Assembly: GCF_009674805.1 (NCBI RefSeq)
Contig: NZ_WKKI01000002.1
Span: 210,763-234,762 of the forward strand
DNA: 24,000 nt
DNA from: Metabacillus lacus
GTDB lineage: Bacteria > Bacillota > Bacilli > Bacillales > Bacillaceae
Direction of reading: 5' to 3'
Shown here: positions 7,730 through 15,365 of the stretch, one piece after another
Layout: each line of letters opens with the position of its first letter
Numbering within the stretch: the first letter of the stretch is position 1
Position numbers and translations under genes: made by a program
Notes under the pieces: model-generated
Told to the model about the DNA's origin: nothing
The model's database searches: none
What the model saw: the letters and a program-made list of their open reading frames with translations, nothing else

Positions 7730-7952
7730 AAAAAACCCCTTGCTTATAACAGCAAAGGGAGATGTGAGCAGGTTGAATAAGCGTTTAAAAAGTAATTTTT
7801 AAAAACGCAGAACCTCCATCTTCTCCCATCCAGACTGTACTGTCGGCTTCGGAATCGCACCGAATCCTGCCGTGTTGCATTGGCTCGCGGGCTTAGAACT
7901 GAAATCAGTTCATCACCGCCGGTCGGGAATTTCACCCTGCCCCGAAGATTGA
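7730..7952 (-). promoter_or_regulatory. FMN riboswitch (RFN element) with terminator expression platform
   Basis: The minus-strand read is ATCTTCGGGGCAGGGTGAAATTCCCGACCGGCGGT...AGCCCGCGAGC...GGATTCGGTGCGATTCCGAAGCCGACAGT...AGTCTGGATGGGAGAAGAT, with P1 ATCTTC/GAAGAT. The terminator is CCCTTTGCT-loop-AGCAAGGGG + T6 (7730-7759). Confidence 0.95.
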
Positions 7953-7977
7953 TCATATTATTTTGTTTTCAAGATAA

Positions 7978-8006
7978 ATTATAATGCATGAAACTATATT
8001 TGTATA
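7978..8006 (-). promoter_or_regulatory. Candidate sigma-A promoter for the FMN riboswitch-ribU transcript (TATACA-N17-TATAAT)
   Basis: The minus-strand -10 TATAAT is at 7983..7978 and is preceded by TGCAT. The -35 TATACA is at 8006..8001. It lies about 25 nt upstream of riboswitch P1. Confidence 0.5.
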
Positions 8007-8104
8007 TAAAAATGATTGTTGCCGAATATTTGCGATTACCATAGCAAATGATTGCCTGCAGTATATCAGCACAACTCTTTCATCTATTAACGCTTTACAG
8101 AAGT

Positions 8105-8133
8105 TTGACACCATTATTTAAATATGGTAAATT
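8105..8133 (+). promoter_or_regulatory. Sigma-A promoter for serA (TTGACA-N17-TGgTAAATT, extended -10)
   Basis: A perfect -35 TTGACA is at 8105-8110. TG is at 8125-8126 and the -10 TAAATT at 8128-8133. Confidence 0.6.
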
Positions 8134-8165
8134 ATCTGATAATTGATTACAGGAGGAGTTCACTT

Positions 8166-9740
8166 ATGTTTCGAATATTGGTTTCAGATAAAATTAGTGA
8201 AGAAGGTCTTCAACCGCTGTTAAACTCTTCTCATATTATGCTCGTGAACAAAAATGTTGCTGATGCAGGTGAGGAACTAGAGACAGCTGACGCACTCTTA
8301 GTCAGAAGTGCAACGCAAGTAACAGAAGAATTAATGAAAAAAATGCCCCAGCTTAAAATTGTGGCAAGAGCCGGTGTAGGTGTTGATAATATTGATGTAG
8401 AAGCAGCCACAAAACTAGGGATTGTTGTTATAAATGCTCCGGACGGAAACACCATTTCAACAACTGAACATACATTTGCCATGATGGCATCCATGCTCAG
8501 GCACATTCCTCAGGCAACCGTCTCTGTAAAGTCAAATGAATGGAACCGAAACGCGTTTGTTGGAACTGAAATGAGAGGAAAAACACTCGGGATTGTCGGT
8601 CTTGGAAGAATCGGGAGCGAGCTGGCGAAGCGTGCCAGAGCTTTTGAAATGAATGTAATTGTGTTTGATCCCTTTTTGACTGAAGAACGAGCTTATAAGA
8701 TCGGCGTTACAACGGCGTCGCTGGATGAATTGCTTTCAACAGCAGACATTATTACTGTACATACTCCTCTAACGAAGGAAACAAAAGGATTGCTGAATGA
8801 AAAAACACTATCCAAAACGAAAAAAGGTGTTTACTTAATTAACTGTGCTCGAGGAGGAATTATTGAAGAAGCAGCCGTTATACCTCTACTGGAAAGCGGC
8901 CATATAAGGGGAATCGCACTCGATGTTTTTGAAACGGAACCTCCTGAAAACACTTCGCTTCTTCAATATGAGCAGGTAATTGCGACTCCTCATTTGGGAG
9001 CTTCTACTAAAGAAGCACAATTGAATGTAGCTTCTCAGGTCTCTGAGGAGGTGCTCGCTTTTTTCAATGGAGAGCCTGTTACTTCGTCTATAAACCTGCC
9101 AACAATCTCCAAAGAAGTATATGAAAAAATTATGCCGTTTTACCAATTGGCTAAAAAAATGGGTAACTTTGTTTCTCAGTGCATGGCAGAGCCTGTTAAC
9201 GAAATTTCAGTTGCTTACGAAGGCTCAGTAGGAGAACTTCAAACTGCAGCTATCACGAAAAGCCTTATTGCAGGCTTCCTAAGTCCCCGCGTAGCTTCAA
9301 CCGTAAATGAAGTTAATGCAGGAATGATTGCCAAAGAGAGAGGCATCAGCTTTAGTGAAAAAATTTCAAATGAAACTTCAGGTTATGAAAATTGTTTGAC
9401 TGTTAAAGTAGTCGGCAATAAAAGTGTTTTTTCTATTAAAGGCACCTATATTCCCCATTATGGCGAACGAATTGTTGAGTTAAACGGATTTAATATTGAC
9501 TTTTATCCGGACGGCCACCTTCTGTATATTCAGCATTCTGATAAGCCTGGAGCGATTGGCCGGGTTGGACGTCTTCTGGGAGACCATTCTATCAATATTG
9601 CAACAATGCAGGTTGGGAGAAAGCAGCGCGGCGGTGATGCGATCATGATGCTTTCCTTTGACAAAGCCGTTACTGAAAGAGTTGTTTCTGAACTGAATGA
9701 CCTTGAAGGTATTGTCTCAGTCAGAACCATTGATTTATAA
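8166..9740 (+). CDS. serA: D-3-phosphoglycerate dehydrogenase (long form with ACT domain)
   Basis: MFRILVSDKISEEGLQPL... is colinear with B. subtilis SerA. It has NAD motif GIVGLGRIGSE and a C-terminal ACT domain. I chose ATG 8166 (RBS CAGGAGGAG) over the track's upstream 8124 start. Confidence 0.95.
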   Translation: MFRILVSDKISEEGLQPLLNSSHIMLVNKNVADAGEELETADALLVRSATQVTEELMKKMPQLKIVARAGVGVDNIDVEAATKLGIVVINAPDGNTISTTEHTFAMMASMLRHIPQATVSVKSNEWNRNAFVGTEMRGKTLGIVGLGRIGSELAKRARAFEMNVIVFDPFLTEERAYKIGVTTASLDELLSTADIITVHTPLTKETKGLLNEKTLSKTKKGVYLINCARGGIIEEAAVIPLLESGHIRGIALDVFETEPPENTSLLQYEQVIATPHLGASTKEAQLNVASQVSEEVLAFFNGEPVTSSINLPTISKEVYEKIMPFYQLAKKMGNFVSQCMAEPVNEISVAYEGSVGELQTAAITKSLIAGFLSPRVASTVNEVNAGMIAKERGISFSEKISNETSGYENCLTVKVVGNKSVFSIKGTYIPHYGERIVELNGFNIDFYPDGHLLYIQHSDKPGAIGRVGRLLGDHSINIATMQVGRKQRGGDAIMMLSFDKAVTERVVSELNDLEGIVSVRTIDL

Positions 9741-9790
9741 GCCTTTCAACACCCCGGTATATGTACTTATTCATGATCAACATCATAAGG

Positions 9791-9823
9791 AAAGAGGAAG
9801 TGCCCTTGCACTTCCTCTTTTTG
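9791..9823 (+). terminator. Rho-independent terminator after serA (possibly shared with the convergent PHP gene)
   Basis: AAGAGGAAGTGC-CCTT-GCACTTCCTCTT (9792-9819) is followed by TTTTT. On the other strand the stem is followed by TTTCCTT. Confidence 0.85.
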
Positions 9824-9850
9824 TGAGCAGCTTTCACCGTCTTCCGGCTT

Positions 9851-10669
9851 TTAAGGAAGAGGAATTTCTTTAGCCTGTCCCTTTGTAAATGTCATGAGAG
9901 ACTGATATCCCGTTGCTTTAGCCAACTCTACTGCCTTTGAGTAATCTGCCCCAACATCCTCAGGCACATGTGCATCAGAAGAAAGACAGATCGGCACACC
10001 TTTTTTAAAGCACATTTCCAGCAGGCGCGGATCTGGATAAAGCTGCCCTATCGGCTTTCTAAGTCCGGCTGTGCTAATTTCAACACATGTTTTAGATTCG
10101 GCGAGAGCCGCAGCAGCTCTTTCATATTGCTCCAGCAAAAATTGTTCATTTGCCGGGACATATTGAAAAATTTTCACTAGGTCTAAATGGCCGATAATAT
10201 CAAATAAATTGGATTGCGCAAGCGTGACTACCTGGTCAAAGTACTTTATGTATACGTCCTCAACGTTTCTCTTATCCCATTCATGAAGATATTCTTTAAG
10301 ATCTATCCCAAAACCATCAACCCAGTGAATGGATCCAATGATATAATCGAAATCGTAGCTGTCGATAAATTTCTTCATTTCGGCATGCTTCCCTGGAGTA
10401 TAGTCCATTTCAACTGACATTTTCACATCAATGCCTTCATCCCATGCCTGATGAAATAAGCTGACATAATCATTCATATCATAATAACGTCTTTCTTCCA
10501 CCCAGGGATTGCTCAATATATCCTTTGTTTGATAAAAGTGATAAGCATGCTCAGAAATGCCAAAATGTGCAATGTTTTTTCTGGCTGCTTCATCCGTAAA
10601 TTTTTTTAAATAATCTAGTGTGAGACTGCCTCGCTCCAAATGGTTGTGAAAATCGGTCAACATATACAT
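9851..10669 (-). CDS. PHP-domain phosphoesterase, histidinol-phosphatase (HisJ) family
   Basis: The N-terminal DFHNH metal motif, ISEHAYHF, SIHW and SSDAH are typical of PHP/HisJ-family phosphatases. RBS is GCGGGAGGGA. Confidence 0.75.
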   Translation of the reverse strand: MYMLTDFHNHLERGSLTLDYLKKFTDEAARKNIAHFGISEHAYHFYQTKDILSNPWVEERRYYDMNDYVSLFHQAWDEGIDVKMSVEMDYTPGKHAEMKKFIDSYDFDYIIGSIHWVDGFGIDLKEYLHEWDKRNVEDVYIKYFDQVVTLAQSNLFDIIGHLDLVKIFQYVPANEQFLLEQYERAAAALAESKTCVEISTAGLRKPIGQLYPDPRLLEMCFKKGVPICLSSDAHVPEDVGADYSKAVELAKATGYQSLMTFTKGQAKEIPLP

Positions 10670-10687
10670 CCCTCCCGCTATTCTTAC

Positions 10688-10717
10688 ATTATAGCGAAGA
10701 AGTCTGAAAATAGTAAA
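10688..10717 (-). promoter_or_regulatory. Candidate sigma-A promoter for the PHP phosphatase gene (TTTACT-N18-TATAAT)
   Basis: The minus-strand -35 is at 10717..10712 and the -10 TATAAT at 10693..10688, about 20 nt upstream of the ATG. Confidence 0.5.
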
Positions 10718-10732
10718 ATTTTTTCCCGTCCT

Positions 10733-11554
10733 CTATTTCTCAAGAAGGAGGATTTGATCTGGAAATATTTTATCGTCTTTTAATTCATTAAGTTCTATTA
10801 GCTCACTCAATGACTTTTCATAATGCTGGGCAATCGAGGACAAGCTTTCTCCCCTAGCAACAATATGCTTTACGCAAGGCTTCGATATTAACAGCTTTTG
10901 ACCAGGATAAATTCTATCGTGAGAAAGGTGATTCCAGCTTTTCAACTCTTCGCTTCCCACCCCAAGCTTCTTCGAGATGCTCCATAAGGTATCTCCCTTT
11001 TTTACAAATACTGCTGAATCAACTGACTGAAGATCACTATGTGCGGAAACAGTTACTGCACTTTGCATTTTTTCCTCAGAAAGCACAATAAACGGATCAA
11101 TCGCATGCTCTTTTGCAGGCGTCCAGTTTCCTCTATGCACTTCAAAATGAAGATGGTTTCCTCTGGATACGCCTGTGTTGCCCACCGTTCCGATTACCTG
11201 CCCTCCTGAGACTTTTTCTCCCTCTCTTGCAAGTCTCTCATTTAAATGAGCGTAAACTGTTTCATAGCCATTTTCATGCATGACAAAAATAACATTTCCA
11301 TATGTTTGTGAATAATAAGATTTGCTGACAATTCCTTTGCTGACAGAAAAGACTTTTTCACCTTTACTTGCAGCGATGTCTATTCCTTTATGTTTCCCCG
11401 CCCTGGTACCGAATGTATCAGATATATAACCGTTTACAGGAAGTACCCAATCATTTTCCTTGTGCTCTGCAGCAGCAATTCTCTTTATTTCTATTGAATA
11501 CAAAAGCGACAATAACAGGAAAATAAGCGCAAAGCTATATTGTAATACTCTCAT
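10733..11554 (-). CDS. Secreted M23-family peptidoglycan metalloendopeptidase with two C-terminal LysM domains
   Basis: There is a signal-like N-terminus. M23 motifs HKGIDIA and GNHLHFEV are present. Two LysM repeats are seen (VFVKKGDTLWSISKKLGV..., HIVARGESLSSIAQHYEKS...). RBS is TAGGAGGAT. Confidence 0.88.
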   Translation of the reverse strand: MRVLQYSFALIFLLLSLLYSIEIKRIAAAEHKENDWVLPVNGYISDTFGTRAGKHKGIDIAASKGEKVFSVSKGIVSKSYYSQTYGNVIFVMHENGYETVYAHLNERLAREGEKVSGGQVIGTVGNTGVSRGNHLHFEVHRGNWTPAKEHAIDPFIVLSEEKMQSAVTVSAHSDLQSVDSAVFVKKGDTLWSISKKLGVGSEELKSWNHLSHDRIYPGQKLLISKPCVKHIVARGESLSSIAQHYEKSLSELIELNELKDDKIFPDQILLLEK

Positions 11555-11701
11555 TGTATCCTCCTAGACTTTCAAGCAATATATTGATACATGCTTCCAT
11601 TAAACAAAACTAGTCTGCAGCAAATTCTTCCAATTTATACAGCGGTATTTCTTTTCTTACCGTTTCTATACTCATTTCCTTCTTCTATTTATCAAATAAC
11701 G

Positions 11702-11728
11702 TAAAAAAGAGATGCTGTATGCATCTCT
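11702..11728 (-). terminator. Rho-independent terminator after rsiX (stem overlaps the stop codon)
   Basis: The minus-strand read is AGAGATGC-ATACA-GCATCTCT followed by TTTTTTAC. Confidence 0.8.
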
Positions 11729-12899
11729 AGTTTCGTGGAAGCGGATTTGGCGAGGCTGGGACAACAATAGGTTGTGTTAAATCCATACTTCCTACCTTTG
11801 AAATGTTTGTGTTTTCAAATTTCACCTGCTGATATCCAAACTCTTTAGCGGTGAGCAAAATGCCTTCCAGCATTAATACATTTGCTTCTGTATTTTCAAT
11901 GCGCGCGCTGTTCGAAAATGTCAGTGTCAGTGAGCCTTCCGACTTTTCAATTTTAGAAAAGCTGATTGATTCTGTAAATAATGACTTTAGCTGATGGGTA
12001 TCAATGCTTTTTTTCATGGCCCCAAGTGCAGCATCTATGCTTGTAAAAGTCTCGGCCGACGGTGTCAGAAGCTTAGGTGTGTTTTCGTCAGCTTGATACA
12101 GGTAATAAGCTTTAAAACTTTGCCCCTTCAGCTCCAGCTCTTCCAGTTTGCCATAGTTTCCGGCTTCTACACCCTTTTCCTGAAAGCTGTTGGAATATAG
12201 CTCAGCTTCCAAATAACCATTTTGTTTCAGGGTTTCAGAAATTTCATTCAAGCCTTCTGAATCTGCACTTGAGGATAGAACAGCAGCTTCAAGATTCACC
12301 TGAACCCTATTCTTACTTTCAATTGGGGTTTTCAGCTGGACTTTTTCAAAAAAAGAGGTAGCAAGTCCCGCTTCTTCTTCATTAAAGTTTTCGAGGATGC
12401 CTTTTATTTGAGAAGCTTTGTCTCTATCAGCAATTCCTTTCAGACTGACCGGAATTAAATTTTGAAGATTGGCATCTCTAAATGCAACCGTGATAAAGGT
12501 CTCCGAACTCTCAGCTGGAACAACAAAGGTATCAACTTCTTCTTTTAAATCTGTAGTTTCAGGAACAGGCACTACATCATTAACATCATCCCTCTCTTTG
12601 GGCAAATCTTCTGTGACAGCTTGATCGGTGGATTGGGAGGAGTTTCCTGCAGATTGTTCATTCCCGGATTGTGAGCCGCTGCGAAACTCTTCGAAGAGAA
12701 ATGGGGAAAACAGAAACAGAATAAATATAGCTGCAGCGCTTGCCAACACTGGACCGAGCCAAATTTTCTTTTTACTGCTTTGCATTTTCAGCGACACGTT
12801 CTGATAGATTTCTTCCGGTGTACGCCGGTCTTTAACAGGAGGTAATTGACTCAGCAAATGTTCTATTTCCTGATCATCGCTTACTTTGGATTTCTTCAT
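11727..12899 (-). CDS. rsiX: Anti-sigma-X factor (RsiX-like), single-pass membrane protein
   Basis: The start overlaps the sigX 3' end by 26 nt, with RBS GAGGAGGGG inside sigX. It has a short cytoplasmic N-terminus, one TM helix (WLGPVLASAAAIFILFLF) and a large extracytoplasmic domain. Identity is by position and architecture. Confidence 0.8.
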   Translation of the reverse strand: MKKSKVSDDQEIEHLLSQLPPVKDRRTPEEIYQNVSLKMQSSKKKIWLGPVLASAAAIFILFLFSPFLFEEFRSGSQSGNEQSAGNSSQSTDQAVTEDLPKERDDVNDVVPVPETTDLKEEVDTFVVPAESSETFITVAFRDANLQNLIPVSLKGIADRDKASQIKGILENFNEEEAGLATSFFEKVQLKTPIESKNRVQVNLEAAVLSSSADSEGLNEISETLKQNGYLEAELYSNSFQEKGVEAGNYGKLEELELKGQSFKAYYLYQADENTPKLLTPSAETFTSIDAALGAMKKSIDTHQLKSLFTESISFSKIEKSEGSLTLTFSNSARIENTEANVLMLEGILLTAKEFGYQQVKFENTNISKVGSMDLTQPIVVPASPNPLPRN

Positions 12900-13425
12900 G
12901 ACTGTACCCCTCCTCAGTATTAAATTCTTCTATGCATTTCTTGATTGCCTTTAATGCTCTGTGCTGGGTTGTTTTTACTTTGCTTTCCGTCCAGGACAAC
13001 GCCTCCGCACTTTCAGATATGGACAAGCCCTGAATATAACGCAGTATCACAACGGACTTTTGATCAACCGTACAAGAATCCAGTGCCTTGTATATTGCAG
13101 CCACCTGCTCTCCCTGCATGGTGATTTCATCAGGAAGAGGCCCAGCATCCCTGATTTGTTCTTTTTCCCAGTCAAACTTCTCAAGAATCCGCTGTTTGAC
13201 AGTTTTTTGTTTTCTGAACCAATCAATGGCAACATGTCTGGCTATTGATAATATCCAGGTTTTTTCACTGCTTCTTCCCTCAAACTTGTCATAAGCTCTC
13301 AAAACCCTTATATAAACTTCCTGAGTTAAATCTTCAGCCTGCTCACGGTTTTTTACCATATAGTATAAATATTGAAAAATATCATAGTGATACGTTTCGT
13401 ATAACCTGTGAAAGGTTTTTTCCAT
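12874..13425 (-). CDS. sigX: ECF RNA polymerase sigma factor SigX
   Basis: MEKTFHRLYETYHYDIFQYLYYMVKNREQAEDLTQEVYIRVLRAYDKFEGRSSEKTWILSIARHVAIDWFRKQK closely parallels B. subtilis SigX. A region 4 HTH is present. Confidence 0.93.
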   Translation of the reverse strand: MEKTFHRLYETYHYDIFQYLYYMVKNREQAEDLTQEVYIRVLRAYDKFEGRSSEKTWILSIARHVAIDWFRKQKTVKQRILEKFDWEKEQIRDAGPLPDEITMQGEQVAAIYKALDSCTVDQKSVVILRYIQGLSISESAEALSWTESKVKTTQHRALKAIKKCIEEFNTEEGYSHEEIQSKR

Positions 13426-13451
13426 CGGAGAACCCTCCGTTCAATGTATTT

Positions 13452-13478
13452 GTCGATTATATATCTTTAAAAGTTACA
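13452..13478 (-). promoter_or_regulatory. SigX-dependent autoregulatory promoter (TGTAAC-N17-CGAC)
   Basis: The minus-strand read is TGTAAC TTTTAAAGATATATAAT CGAC AAATACATTGAACGGAGGG. It matches the B. subtilis SigX promoter consensus exactly and is placed as in B. subtilis P_X. Confidence 0.85.
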
Positions 13479-13663
13479 TTATAACTATTATTATATAGAA
13501 AAAATACAATATCTGCAGAAGCATACCACAACGACTACAGCTGCTGAAGAAAGAAAAACAGCAAACGAATCTTGTAGTTAGTAAATTACAGTTCCCTATG
13601 CTAAACATGCAATATAGAGGGAATATGTATTCTCCTTTTTTTCCACATGTATTCATTGTAACT

Positions 13664-13708
13664 TAAAAAAACTGCAGACACACTCAAGTTACTCGAGTGT
13701 GTCTGCAG
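13664..13708 (-). terminator. Rho-independent terminator closing the B12 operon
   Basis: A 14-bp stem CTGCAGACACACTC / GAGTGTGTCTGCAG (13672-13685, 13695-13708) is followed on the minus strand by TTTTTTT. It starts 3 nt after the adenosyltransferase stop. Confidence 0.9.
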
Positions 13709-13710
13709 TC

Positions 13711-14295
13711 TCAGTCCTGCTCCTTTGGTCTTTCCTTGAAAACAACCGCACTTCTCTCATATTCAATATCATTCAAGCTGGATCTATAGTTAATTACTCT
13801 GGCAGCTGCAAAAAAATAATCAGAGAGCCTGTTTAAATATTTTGGTACTACACTGTGTATCTCTGTTTCTTTTTGCAAAGAAACTGTTCTTCGTTCTGCT
13901 CTTCTGGCTACAGTTCTTGCCACATGAATGGCAGCTGCTGCAGGAGAGCCTCCGGGAAGAATAAAGCGCTGCAACGGGGGCGCCTCTGCAGTATAAGCAT
14001 CAATTCTTTCTTCCAGAAATTTCACCATCTCCTCATTTGCTTTGTAGGGACTTTTTTGCTTTTCATGAATCACAGCTAAATCTCCTCCGCAGTCAAAGAG
14101 TTCGTGCTGCACTTTTTCAAGCTCCTGATAAATATCCTGAAACGCGGGTTCTTTTAAAAGCGTCATGGCCTGCCCGACAAAAGAATTTAACTCATCAATT
14201 GTTCCATATGCTTCAACTCTGAGATCATCTTTATCCACTCTTCCGCCAATGATGCTCGTTTTCCCTTTGTCTCCGGTTCTTGTATAAAGATTCAT
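13711..14295 (-). CDS. PduO-type ATP:cob(I)alamin adenosyltransferase
   Basis: The N-terminal YTRTGDKGKTS motif, RVEAYGTIDELNS and the family-typical length of 194 aa support the call. RBS is AAGGGAGGAA. A possible internal promoter TTGAAT-N18-CATAAT (14369..14340) lies in the 99-nt gap upstream. Confidence 0.9.
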   Translation of the reverse strand: MNLYTRTGDKGKTSIIGGRVDKDDLRVEAYGTIDELNSFVGQAMTLLKEPAFQDIYQELEKVQHELFDCGGDLAVIHEKQKSPYKANEEMVKFLEERIDAYTAEAPPLQRFILPGGSPAAAAIHVARTVARRAERRTVSLQKETEIHSVVPKYLNRLSDYFFAAARVINYRSSLNDIEYERSAVVFKERPKEQD

Positions 14296-14394
14296 TGAGG
14301 TTCCTCCCTTGTTATAAACGTATTTTCTATTATTCTATTATTATGCTCATTTCTTTGTTTTCTATTCAAATGCAGTTGAGAACCTGCGGTGAAA

Positions 14395-14898
14395 TTATGA
14401 GTACAGCCATCTATCAGAAAGCGAATAGTATGCCCTTGCCATCACGGGATATAAAATAAAAAAGAAAATGCCATTTCCTACTGCGTGAGCCGTATCAAAC
14501 GGGAGTCCGGACAAATAGTACAGCCAGCCATGTTTTGTCATGATAAACATTGGCAGTGATACGATGAAGCCATATAGATAACCCGCAGCGACTGCAAAAG
14601 GCGTACCTATCATCAGCATCCTCTTTACTGAAAGTTTTCCAAGGTACCCGAAAAGTACTGCAATCGACCCCCATGCAGCAACTTGAGAGATGGTCCAGTA
14701 TCCCATTCCCATTAACAAATTGGAAAGAAATGCTCCCAATGCAGCCACAATCAATCCGCTTAAGGGTCCTAGCAGAATGGAAGTGATCATGATGACCGCT
14801 GTCATCGGCTGGACATTCGGAATAAATTGAAAGCTTACCCTCCCTGCAACAGCTAATGCTGCCAGCAGAGAAAGCAAGCTTATTTTTTTAACACTCAT
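14395..14898 (-). CDS. ECF-transporter S-component-like membrane protein (putative cobalamin-specific)
   Basis: The 167-aa product runs from ATG 14898, with RBS GTGGGAG overlapping the upstream stop. The track's GTG 14910 start would overlap the upstream gene by 10 nt. About 6 hydrophobic segments are present, with AALAVA (AxxxA) in helix 1 and IPNVQP. It has no soluble domains and lies in a cobalamin-riboswitch operon. The substrate assignment is inference. Confidence 0.65.
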   Translation of the reverse strand: MSVKKISLLSLLAALAVAGRVSFQFIPNVQPMTAVIMITSILLGPLSGLIVAALGAFLSNLLMGMGYWTISQVAAWGSIAVLFGYLGKLSVKRMLMIGTPFAVAAGYLYGFIVSLPMFIMTKHGWLYYLSGLPFDTAHAVGNGIFFFILYPVMARAYYSLSDRWLYS

Positions 14899-14900
14899 TT

Positions 14901-15332
14901 TTACTCCCACTTTTGAAGGTCAAACTCAACAACATCTCCATCTTCAAGGATGATATCATTGGCGCCCTTCATTGCAGGTTCTCCATTTACATCGAACATC
15001 CATGCATATTTTTCATCTGCATTCGCTTCAATTCCGTCTATGCTGGTAATAAATCCAGCTTCATCTTCTACTTCAAAATTCTGATTCATTACTTCCATTA
15101 AAGATTCGCCCCCTTCAAAGACAACCTCTTTGCTGGAAAGTTCTTCAGCCTTTTGATCTTTTGTCAGCTTAATAGAAGCACTAAGCTCTTCACCTGCTTC
15201 TTTAGATAATTCTTGCTGCCCGTTTTCAGGCTGCTGTGAAGCGCCCGAATCGTTCTGGTCAGTTTGAGCCGGTGCACAGGCAGTCAAAACAGCCAGCACA
15301 AGGGACATCAACACCATTAAGTATTTGTTCAT
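14901..15332 (-). CDS. Lipoprotein with DUF4430 (transcobalamin-beta-domain-like) C-terminal domain, putative extracellular cobalamin binder
   Basis: The signal peptide carries lipobox LTA-C (MNKYLMVLMSLVLAVLTAC). A low-complexity linker follows, then GFITSIDGIEANADEKYAWMFDVNGEPAMKGANDIILEDGDVVEFDL, which I recognise as DUF4430-like. RBS is TAGGAGGAC. It is the first gene after the cobalamin riboswitch. Confidence 0.7.
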   Translation of the reverse strand: MNKYLMVLMSLVLAVLTACAPAQTDQNDSGASQQPENGQQELSKEAGEELSASIKLTKDQKAEELSSKEVVFEGGESLMEVMNQNFEVEDEAGFITSIDGIEANADEKYAWMFDVNGEPAMKGANDIILEDGDVVEFDLQKWE

Positions 15333-15365
15333 GTTCAGTCCTCCTATTTTTTAAGTATCAGGAAG

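Noticed and set aside
7744-7956. 70-aa minus-strand ORF in the track upstream of ribU
   Set aside because: It lies entirely inside the FMN riboswitch aptamer and terminator. It has no RBS, and the sequence is explained by conserved RNA structure.
8124-8165. Upstream starts given by the ORF track for serA (8124), resD (18260), resC (19597), resA (21720), spmB (23301) and the S component (14910)
   Set aside because: Internal ATGs have proper Shine-Dalgarno spacing and give N-termini and lengths matching the B. subtilis orthologues. The extended forms overlap upstream genes or promoters.
9851-10669. Idea that the PHP phosphatase convergent with serA is the missing phosphoserine phosphatase
   Set aside because: The genes are convergent rather than co-transcribed. 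The motifs fit generic HisJ-family histidinol-phosphate phosphatases, and nothing in the sequence argues for phosphoserine specificity.
13474-13656. 60-aa minus-strand ORF upstream of sigX, and the roughly 185-nt unassigned AT-rich spacer (13479-13663)
   Set aside because: There is no RBS (TTTTTTTAAGTTACA before the ATG) and the peptide is Cys/Phe-rich nonsense-like. It would run through the SigX promoter. I found no convincing sRNA signals (promoter plus terminator) in the spacer.
13656-13682. Second TGTAAC hexamer on the plus strand near the B12-operon terminator
   Set aside because: N17 downstream is ACAC rather than CGAC. It points into the terminator and the 3' end of a convergent gene. 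I treat it as a chance hexamer.
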